In this document: positions 1 to 7,701 of the stretch, piece by piece
Position numbering within the stretch: the first letter of the stretch is position 1
Layout: each line of letters begins with the position of its first letter
Assembly (NCBI GenBank): GCA_964630365.1
Contig: CAZVUP010000004.1
Span: forward strand, 1,970-65,969
Length of the DNA stretch: 64,000 nucleotides
Direction: 5' to 3'
Origin: an uncultured Muribaculaceae bacterium
Lineage (GTDB): Bacteria > Bacillota_I > Bacilli_A > RF39 > UBA660
Position numbers and translations under genes: made by a program
Notes under the pieces: generated by a model
What the model saw: the letters and a program-made list of their open reading frames with translations, nothing else
The model's database searches: none
What the model was told of the DNA's origin: nothing

Positions 1-24
1 TATATTGTTTTTTCCCAAGTATAT

Positions 25-1278
25 TTAAACAACTTTAGCATCAATATCACCATCACTAAATTCAATAGATATTAAATCATTTTTCTTAAGCTTTTTACTG
101 CTACTAACTACTTTACCATTAACTTTAGTCATTGTATAGCCACGTTTTAAAGTAAGTAAAGGACTAAGTGTTTCTAATTTTGATATCAACTGTAAGTATT
201 GATTACTCTTCTTATCTAATAATTTATATGGTTTTTGTAAAACATAAGAATTCTTTAATCTAATTAATTCTTTTTCTTTAATATTAGTTAAATTAGTAAG
301 ACTAAATTTTAATTTTTCTAATAAATTTGAAAAAACCATCTCTTTAGTCTGATAAATTAGTAACGGATTTTTAAATAAATTACGATTCATAATATCAGTA
401 TATTTTCTCTTCAATGATTTTATCTGATTAATAACTGAATTGTTTAATCTAATACTAATTTGACTAAGATATTTACTAACATCAGCAAGTTGTGGAACTG
501 CCATTTCAGCAGCGCCAGTAGGTGTTGGTGCTCTAAGGTCCGCTACAAAATCAGCAATTGTAAAATCTATTTCATGACCAACAGCACTGATTATTGGTGT
601 TTTAGCATTATAAATAGCTCGTGCAACTATTTCTTCATTAAATGCCCATAAATCTTCAATACTACCACCACCACGACCAACTATTAGTGTATCAAGGCCA
701 AAACTATCAGCCTTCTCAATTTGCTTAACAATATCTTCTTTAGCTGATTCTCCTTGAACTAGAGCTGGAAACAAATAAATTTCAGTCAATGGCCATCTTC
801 TTTTAATCGTTGAAATAATATCTTTTATAGCAGCACCAGTAGGAGCAGTAACCACTCCAACTTTTAAAGGAATCTTAGGTATTTGTTTCTTCCGAAGTGG
901 ATCAAATAAGCCTTCACTTTCCAATTTCTTTTTAAGTTGCTCATAAGCAATATATAAATTACCAATACCATCTTCAAGCATCTCATTAACATATATTTGA
1001 TATGCACCATTAGCTTCAAAAACACTTATCTTTCCAGTCACTAAAACTTTCATCCCATCCTGGGGAATAAACTTAACATTACGAGTAGCAGATTGAAACA
1101 TAATAGCATTAATTCGACTACCTTCATCCTTTAAAGTAAAATAAAAATGTCCTCTACTATGAGCTTTAAAATTAGATATTTCACCTTTCAAAAAAACCTC
1201 ATTTAAGTTACTATCATTATCAATTTTATATTTTATATAACGTGTAAGTTGTGTAACAGATATATATTTATCAGTCAT
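25..1278 (-). CDS. xseA: Exodeoxyribonuclease VII large subunit
   Basis: The 417-aa ORF has an N-terminal OB-fold-like segment (VFLKGEISNFKAHSRGHFYFTLKD). Its length and layout are typical of XseA, and it lies directly downstream of nusB. Confidence 0.9.
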   Translation of the reverse strand: MTDKYISVTQLTRYIKYKIDNDSNLNEVFLKGEISNFKAHSRGHFYFTLKDEGSRINAIMFQSATRNVKFIPQDGMKVLVTGKISVFEANGAYQIYVNEMLEDGIGNLYIAYEQLKKKLESEGLFDPLRKKQIPKIPLKVGVVTAPTGAAIKDIISTIKRRWPLTEIYLFPALVQGESAKEDIVKQIEKADSFGLDTLIVGRGGGSIEDLWAFNEEIVARAIYNAKTPIISAVGHEIDFTIADFVADLRAPTPTGAAEMAVPQLADVSKYLSQISIRLNNSVINQIKSLKRKYTDIMNRNLFKNPLLIYQTKEMVFSNLLEKLKFSLTNLTNIKEKELIRLKNSYVLQKPYKLLDKKSNQYLQLISKLETLSPLLTLKRGYTMTKVNGKVVSSSKKLKKNDLISIEFSDGDIDAKVV

Positions 1279-1283
1279 AATTT

Positions 1284-1685
1284 TTACTTCTCTTCCTCAT
1301 GATATATTTTATCTAAAACACCATTTATCATTTTAGTTACCGCTTCATCACTATATTTTTTTGATAATTCAATAGCCTCGTTAATAGCAACAATAGCTGG
1401 AGTTTCTGAAAATTTGAGTTCATAAGCACCAACTAAAATAATAGCTTGATCAACTTTACTTAATCTATCAAATGTCCAATCAACTAAATATTTATTAATA
1501 CATTCAATAAGATCTGTTTTATTTTTAAGCACACCATTAACTAAATCATTCACAAAATCATTTTCTATTTCTAATTGATCTTTTATTAAATCGTTAACTA
1601 TATATTCAATTTTAGCATCATCATAAATTAATGTTTGATATAAAACTTTTATAGCTATTTCTCGAAGTTCACTCCTGTTTTTCAT
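1284..1685 (-). CDS. nusB: Transcription antitermination factor NusB
   Basis: The 133-aa ORF starts RSELREIAIKVLYQ and continues with DRLSKVDQAIILVGAYEL, both typical of NusB. Confidence 0.85.
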   Translation of the reverse strand: MKNRSELREIAIKVLYQTLIYDDAKIEYIVNDLIKDQLEIENDFVNDLVNGVLKNKTDLIECINKYLVDWTFDRLSKVDQAIILVGAYELKFSETPAIVAINEAIELSKKYSDEAVTKMINGVLDKIYHEEEK

Positions 1686-1740
1686 CTAAATCACCACCAA
1701 TATTTTATCATATTCATAAACTATTTAAAAGAACAATAAT

Positions 1741-1773
1741 AATAAAAAGATAAGTATGGCTTAAACCATACTT
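1741..1773 (-). terminator. Rho-independent terminator after the hydrolase gene
   Basis: An 8-bp stem pairs AAGTATGG (1752-1759) with CCATACTT (1766-1773) around a 6-nt loop. A T-rich run follows on the minus strand. Confidence 0.5.
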
Positions 1774-1779
1774 AAATCA

Positions 1780-3297
1780 TTATCTAGTATAAGTTTCATA
1801 ATTCGAATAATTACCATCAGCACAGTAACTATTATCATCAATACAACGTAAATATGTACGAACAAGACTATTATACTTTTCTTTCTGTAATCCAGCTAAT
1901 ATAAAAGCATGTGGCTGATCACTAACATTCCAGTAAAAATTAAATTTAGTACCAATTTCTTTTGCTTTATTTCTTACTTGAACAGCATTACGATAATTAA
2001 TAATATCATCAGTCTTACTATGAATAATTAATACTTTATCACTAGGCCTAAAACCTCTTCCATTACCAAATACATTTTCATAAGTATCAAAATTAGAAGA
2101 ATTAATACCAAAAACTCTATTATCAATTATGTATTGTTTAATAACATCATCAGTAACTTGACTATTATTTAATTCATTACCTTCATTATAGTTTTTAGCA
2201 TCAACATTAATTCGCCTATTATTAATATAATTATTTATTAAATTTTCAAACTCCGTAGTCGAAATATTTCCATTAGCTAAATCACTTATCGTTTTTTGAT
2301 CAACACTAAGACCCAATTCGTTTATAACTGATGTAATATTTCTTTCGAAGTTACCAGTTTCTTCTTCAGTATTTTGAACAAATAGATCTAAATCCATAGT
2401 ATCTCCAGCGTTTATTAGGCCCTTAATCAACTCAGTAAGTGAAACATAACCAGAGTCTTCAACTAACCCTTTAAAGTGATATTTATTTCTCAAATCAGCT
2501 GTAAAATTAGGATTAGTAACCAACTGCATACCAGTATTAGCTCCAAGAGAAACACCATGAACAACTAAAGTATCAACATTATAGTTATTATTAAGCCATT
2601 TAATCCAGTCAAAAGCATCTAAGCTTTCTAAATAACCCCACGAATTAACACCACCACTTTTACCATGACCTCTTAAATCTGGTGCTAAAATATTATATCC
2701 ACGAGTTACATAAGGGGCACCAACTTGATTATAGATTGCTTTTCCTCCTCCAGCATTACCATGCAATAACAAAACCCATTTATTACTACTTGCAGATGAA
2801 ATATAAACGTACCCATTTAATTTATCATCACCCAAACAATATTCACTACTTGAGCCATACGTTGAACAAACAGTATCTGTTCCAATTGTAACCTTTTTTG
2901 CCTGAATACTATTAGGATTAATTAAATTATCATAATCAGCAGATACTTTACCAAGTTCTTCATCAAGTACTTTCTTTAAATCTTCGGTAGATTTAATATT
3001 TTTATCACGCATTAAGTTTTTTATATCTTCTGAAGTATAACCAACAAGTTCTCCTTCAGAATAATACTTAGATAAATCAAGCATCTGACTAGCAATACTA
3101 TTTTTAGCATCATTTAAATCCATATTATTATCTAAGTTTGCAATAAAATCATCTAATTCAGTAATAAAATCATCAGTACTTTCATCAATTGTACTACTTT
3201 TTGTTGAAACGTCATTAATATTTGCTAAATACCAAACTAAAAAAAACAAGCCACAAATAACAAATATTAAAAATATATCTTTAATTCTCTCTTTCAA
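1780..3297 (-). CDS. Membrane-anchored, probably extracytoplasmic alpha/beta-fold serine hydrolase
   Basis: An N-terminal TM helix (IFLIFVICGLFFLVWYLANI) is followed by LLLHGNAGGG, the nucleophile elbow HGVSLGA, then HSKTDD and PHAF, which are candidates for a Ser-Asp-His triad. The start is TTG, 5 nt after AGGGGTGA, which directly follows the stop of the upstream kinase-like gene. Confidence 0.7.
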   Translation of the reverse strand: MKERIKDIFLIFVICGLFFLVWYLANINDVSTKSSTIDESTDDFITELDDFIANLDNNMDLNDAKNSIASQMLDLSKYYSEGELVGYTSEDIKNLMRDKNIKSTEDLKKVLDEELGKVSADYDNLINPNSIQAKKVTIGTDTVCSTYGSSSEYCLGDDKLNGYVYISSASSNKWVLLLHGNAGGGKAIYNQVGAPYVTRGYNILAPDLRGHGKSGGVNSWGYLESLDAFDWIKWLNNNYNVDTLVVHGVSLGANTGMQLVTNPNFTADLRNKYHFKGLVEDSGYVSLTELIKGLINAGDTMDLDLFVQNTEEETGNFERNITSVINELGLSVDQKTISDLANGNISTTEFENLINNYINNRRINVDAKNYNEGNELNNSQVTDDVIKQYIIDNRVFGINSSNFDTYENVFGNGRGFRPSDKVLIIHSKTDDIINYRNAVQVRNKAKEIGTKFNFYWNVSDQPHAFILAGLQKEKYNSLVRTYLRCIDDNSYCADGNYSNYETYTR

Positions 3298-3308
3298 CTA
3301 CATCACCC

Positions 3309-5243
3309 CTAATCATATATAGGTTTAGCATTAATTATCTTATATTTAACGCATACATCATTTTTTAATTTATAGACTCTTGAACAAGTATACTTTACTT
3401 CTGGCTCCTTAAAATCATCTTTAAGACATGTTACACCACTTAAAATATAACCATCAGGACAGGTATATAGTTCTAAAGCATCAGTAGTAACCTTACCATG
3501 ACACACACCATCTTTTAATTCCATTTCATCAGTACAAACATACTTCGCATTAGCATCAATAGTTGCCGAATTTGTACATTTATCACCTACTTTTGTATAT
3601 CCATCAGGACAAGTATAATTAGCAGTAGCAGGTACTGATACATTAATATCCTTAACACAATGACCTTGTCCATCAGAAGTTCCAACTAAACAGCTATATG
3701 TTGGTGTCGGTTGATAATAAAGACCACATTTTCCATCAGCATCACTATAACGATAGCCGTTAGGACAAATAGGATTATCATAATGATCATAACTTGGATT
3801 CTGTGTTAAATAACAACCACTATTAGTATAAGAACCGCCTCTAGAACATCCATATGTAGTAACTGCATTAGTAATAGATTGATTTGTTTTTGTACAAACA
3901 GTACCAGACTTCGTATATGAACTATCAGGGCAAGTATAAGACTTAGACGCATCAAAACTATTAATCGTAACACATATTGTTCCCGCAAGAACATAATTAT
4001 CAGGGCAAGTATAAACAACTGGCGCCTCCGCACTAATTTCTTGAATACACTTTTTGCCATCTAATTTAAAGTCATCAGCACACACATATGTTTTTTTAGG
4101 TTTTTTTGACTTTTTATAAACACATAAATCATTAGAGTATATATAATCATCTGGACAATAGAAATTCTCGGTAGCTGCAACTTCCTTCACTATCTTCTGA
4201 CACTTACTGCCATTAAGATCATATCCATCAGGGCACTCATAATGTCCATCAACACAAATACCATATTTATTAATTTTTCCATCTGAACATTTATATTTCA
4301 TCCGCCATAAGAATAATATACAACCAACTAAAACAATTACAAAAACAATCCAAGATAGTATTTTAAAGATATCTTTAAAAGAATATTTTTTACGTATACT
4401 AACAAGGTTATCATATAATTTGCTATTAGCAACAAGACTATCAAAATCTAAAGTATCACTAGATTTTTTTACTTTTCCTTTACTATCAACAATAGGCTGT
4501 TCTTCAATTATATTAATGCTATTTAATGCATCATACATCTTACCAACATCACTATATTGTTCACTAGAATCAATATCTAAAGCTAACATAATAATATTCA
4601 TTAAATCAGCGGATATATTCTCTAGATATGGTACTTTTTGACCAGTTTTTAACATTTCTAAAACTTCATCAGAACTCTTTAAATCAAAAGGAAGCTTACC
4701 AGCTAATAACTGATATAATAAAATACCAACTAGTGAAATATCAGTTTTAGTACTAAATGAATTATTAATACTAGCTAAAGCATCTATTCCACCAAGTTTA
4801 TAAGTAGTACCATCAACATAAATATTATCAACATTTATATTATTATGAATAATATCATTAACATGAAAAGCTGCTAAAGCTAATAAAATATTTTTTCCAA
4901 TTTCAATAATATTTTTTTCTGTATAATGATTACCAGTAAAACTTACTCCAAGGCTTTCTAAATATTCGAATATAATATAGAGTTTTCCCTCTTCAGAATC
5001 ATCAAAAACATCATAATATTTAATTATATATGGATTATTTTGAATTTTGCTAATAGCCTCTACTTCCCGAAATAGTGCGTCACGAACTTCAACATCAGAT
5101 ACACTATAATAATTTATAATTTTTAAATAAGCAGGTATTTTCCCAGTAGAAGTCAAATAATCAATTTTATACAACTCACCATAAGCTATATCTTTAATCT
5201 TCTCAATTATTGAGTATTTATTAATAATATCATTCTTCATCAT
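3309..5243 (-). CDS. Bitopic Ser/Thr-kinase-like protein (predicted pseudokinase) with a Cys-hairpin repeat ectodomain
   Basis: The N-terminal ~240 aa look like a Hanks-type kinase (AYLKII lysine, REVEAISK, DISLVGILLYQLLAGKLPF). The catalytic loop reads HNNINVDN instead of HRDxKxxN, and the DFG position reads GGID. One TM helix (ILSWIVFVIVLVGCILFLW) precedes a 330-aa Cys-rich repeat region. Confidence 0.7.
   Translation of the reverse strand: MMKNDIINKYSIIEKIKDIAYGELYKIDYLTSTGKIPAYLKIINYYSVSDVEVRDALFREVEAISKIQNNPYIIKYYDVFDDSEEGKLYIIFEYLESLGVSFTGNHYTEKNIIEIGKNILLALAAFHVNDIIHNNINVDNIYVDGTTYKLGGIDALASINNSFSTKTDISLVGILLYQLLAGKLPFDLKSSDEVLEMLKTGQKVPYLENISADLMNIIMLALDIDSSEQYSDVGKMYDALNSINIIEEQPIVDSKGKVKKSSDTLDFDSLVANSKLYDNLVSIRKKYSFKDIFKILSWIVFVIVLVGCILFLWRMKYKCSDGKINKYGICVDGHYECPDGYDLNGSKCQKIVKEVAATENFYCPDDYIYSNDLCVYKKSKKPKKTYVCADDFKLDGKKCIQEISAEAPVVYTCPDNYVLAGTICVTINSFDASKSYTCPDSSYTKSGTVCTKTNQSITNAVTTYGCSRGGSYTNSGCYLTQNPSYDHYDNPICPNGYRYSDADGKCGLYYQPTPTYSCLVGTSDGQGHCVKDINVSVPATANYTCPDGYTKVGDKCTNSATIDANAKYVCTDEMELKDGVCHGKVTTDALELYTCPDGYILSGVTCLKDDFKEPEVKYTCSRVYKLKNDVCVKYKIINAKPIYD
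3312..4304 (-). repeat. Coding repeat: 13 copies of a C-x10-12-C hairpin motif, consensus Y-(T/S)-C-P-D-G-Y-x-L-x-G-x-x-C, period ~25 aa
   Basis: Repeats were counted directly in the translation, for example CPDGYDLNGSKC, CPDDYIYSNDLC, CPDNYVLAGTIC, CPDGYTKVGDKC and CPDGYILSGVTC. All 26 Cys residues fall into 13 evenly spaced pairs. Confidence 0.85.
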
Positions 5244-7597
5244 CGTTTCGCCTCAAGTTTCTTTCTTAAAATGAAATAACAAATCAGTATAAGAGCCAAA
5301 GACATTAAACCAATTATTATTGCACTATTATAAAAATGGCTAGCCGTATACTCAAACATTGGATCATATTGACGAATATAACCAGGCACAACCTCCTGAA
5401 TCTTATCAATCAAGCCATTAAAATCATTAGTTGTCCCAAACATTTCTAATGACCATCGACATAATATAAAGGTTGAAATTTTTAAAACAGCACCTTTAAG
5501 TTCAAACAAAAGTCCACAAAACAATGACTGTGGAACTAAAAGCAAAGGCACATATGTCATAGCCATACTTTCATCTCTAGCAAAAGAAGAAACAACTAAA
5601 CCAATAGCTGATGAACCAAATATAGTAAGTGCCATAGTCGCCATCATTTCAATATTCCAATAATAAACAACACCATCACTAGGAGTATCAATAAATAATC
5701 CAAAAACATAAACAAACAATACAGCTTGAATTATAGAAAGAAAAGCAAACACTGTAATTTTAGAAAAAACATAAGAACTAAGCCGTAAATTAGCCATGTG
5801 CTCTTTCTTCAAAATAACTCTTTCCTTACATATTTCTTGAATAGAATTACCAAGACCTAAATATAAACCCGCCAAAGCAATACAAAACATAATTTCTTTA
5901 GTTCTTTCATATATTTCAAAAACTTTATCCGTTAAAATTAAGGACATCATAAAAACAATTATTGGAGATTGAATCAAAAGCAATAATAGTTGCGTTCTAT
6001 TATTAAGAATAGTCTTAATATAACGCTTAGTCAAAGTAAAATATTGACTAATAGCTGATGTATTAGTAATCTCTTTTTGTTTAACTTTTATCAAATGTTC
6101 ACTGTCTTCTAAAGAAGCAACATCTGGTAATATTTGTTCATCTAAATATTTTTGATGCCACTTATCAGGATCATCACCAATTAACAAATAAATATCTATT
6201 AAATCTTTAGTACCAAAGAAAGCATTTGCTTGGTTAGGAAAACCATCATAGCAAATTTTACCACCATCACCAAAGAAAACAACCCTATCACACAAATACA
6301 AATTAAGGGTATTGTGCGTAACTAAAATAACAGTTCTCCCACTATCAGCCATTTTTCGTAATGTAAGCATCATTCTTCTCTCATTTTCAGGATCCAAACC
6401 ACTTGTTGGTTCATCTAAGAAAAACAACCTAGGGTCCGCCAACAATTCAACAGCAATACCTGCTCTTTTTCTTTGTCCTCCAGACAAATTTCTAATAAGT
6501 ACATCTTCTTTACCAACCAAATCAACAATATCAAGAACCTCTTTTATTCTTCTTTCTTTTTCAACAGAAGTAGATTTAAGTGGCATTCTTAAATCAGCAG
6601 AATACTTAAGCATATCAATTAAAGTTAAATTAGTAAAAACAATATCATCCTGGGGAACATAACCTATGTTGTTTTTCAATTGTTCGTAGTTTTTAAACAA
6701 ATCACTTCCATTAATTAGAACTTGTCCTTTAGTAGGCTTATTAAGACCACACATCGAAAGCATTAATGTTGTCTTACCAACACCACTAGCTCCAACAAAA
6801 GCAACAAATTTACCAGGAGAAATAGTCATATTAATATCCTCAGAAATATTAACTTTTCGCCCTTTTATCCTAACTGTATTATAAATACCACGTACATCAA
6901 CACGAACACCCTTTTCAGCAAACTGATAAATTACTTCATCGCGCGAATATATAAGTTTAAGATCTTCAATTTGAATAACATCATTATCATCTAATACAAT
7001 ATTATCTTCAACTAATTTACTATTTACATATACATCTCTACCCATTGAAAATAATATATATCTATCTTTATCTTTTCTAATCTCAATATAATCTTCTACA
7101 TCACTTTTATAAAGCAACATAATATTACAACCACTGCAGTTACCAATTTTCGTAACTGTTCGATGTAAGCGATAATGATTCCACCTATGAATATTATTTC
7201 CAATCTTTACCATAAATAAGATACCATGTTTACTATGATCACTTATATTATCAATACGAATATAATCATTATCATTCAAAGTATACTCACTTATCTTCTG
7301 ATCATTAACAATAAGGCCATTTTTACTATCATTATCATATACTTTTAAAACATTATCCTTTATTACAAAAAAACCATGGAATTTTGAAACAAACAAAGAA
7401 GGAATTACAATGTCATTGGTTTTATCACGACCAAATGTAATTCTTTCTTTATGAAAATCAGATAAGACTATATTAGAAATTTCTCCATTAGCAACAATAG
7501 ATATATTAAAAACAGTATCTAAATAGTCTTTATTAGTAGAAATTTCATAATTATTATTATCATTTGAATTTTGAACATCTAATTTTTCTATATCCAT
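5240..7597 (-). CDS. FHA-domain-containing ABC transporter (fused ATPase and ABC-2/ABCG-type permease)
   Basis: FHA1 reads ITFGRDKTNDIVIPSLFVSKFHG...DSKNGLIVN, and a second degenerate FHA-like segment spans aa ~145-217. ABC motifs are Walker A GASGVGKTT, signature LSGGQRKR and Walker B LFFLDEPTSGLD, followed by a C-terminal multi-TM domain. The gene overlaps the downstream kinase-like gene by 4 nt. Confidence 0.85.
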   Translation of the reverse strand: MDIEKLDVQNSNDNNNYEISTNKDYLDTVFNISIVANGEISNIVLSDFHKERITFGRDKTNDIVIPSLFVSKFHGFFVIKDNVLKVYDNDSKNGLIVNDQKISEYTLNDNDYIRIDNISDHSKHGILFMVKIGNNIHRWNHYRLHRTVTKIGNCSGCNIMLLYKSDVEDYIEIRKDKDRYILFSMGRDVYVNSKLVEDNIVLDDNDVIQIEDLKLIYSRDEVIYQFAEKGVRVDVRGIYNTVRIKGRKVNISEDINMTISPGKFVAFVGASGVGKTTLMLSMCGLNKPTKGQVLINGSDLFKNYEQLKNNIGYVPQDDIVFTNLTLIDMLKYSADLRMPLKSTSVEKERRIKEVLDIVDLVGKEDVLIRNLSGGQRKRAGIAVELLADPRLFFLDEPTSGLDPENERRMMLTLRKMADSGRTVILVTHNTLNLYLCDRVVFFGDGGKICYDGFPNQANAFFGTKDLIDIYLLIGDDPDKWHQKYLDEQILPDVASLEDSEHLIKVKQKEITNTSAISQYFTLTKRYIKTILNNRTQLLLLLIQSPIIVFMMSLILTDKVFEIYERTKEIMFCIALAGLYLGLGNSIQEICKERVILKKEHMANLRLSSYVFSKITVFAFLSIIQAVLFVYVFGLFIDTPSDGVVYYWNIEMMATMALTIFGSSAIGLVVSSFARDESMAMTYVPLLLVPQSLFCGLLFELKGAVLKISTFILCRWSLEMFGTTNDFNGLIDKIQEVVPGYIRQYDPMFEYTASHFYNSAIIIGLMSLALILICYFILRKKLEAKR

Positions 7598-7624
7598 GAT
7601 TCACCAACAACCCTATTCTAGATA

Positions 7625-7633
7625 ATTATAACA
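7625..7633 (-). promoter_or_regulatory. Extended -10 element (TGTTATAAT) upstream of the FHA-ABC operon
   Basis: The minus strand reads TGTTATAAT about 30 nt upstream of the ATG at 7597. No good -35 box was found. Confidence 0.4.
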
Positions 7634-7701
7634 CATTGCACACAAAACAATCTACAAAAAATAATAAAAAAAAGAAATTATTTCAAAATAGATTATAAAA
7701 C

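Noticed and set aside
3806-4060. A same-strand alternative-frame ORF (84 aa) inside the Cys-repeat region, and a similar one at 30149-30433 inside the YD-like gene.
   Set aside because: These are out-of-frame ORFs inside longer genes with strong periodic motif structure. Open alternative frames are expected in repeat-coding DNA.
7598-7701. mutS is not followed by mutL, considered as a possible rearrangement or loss.
   Set aside because: mutL may be encoded elsewhere. A single window cannot distinguish loss from relocation.
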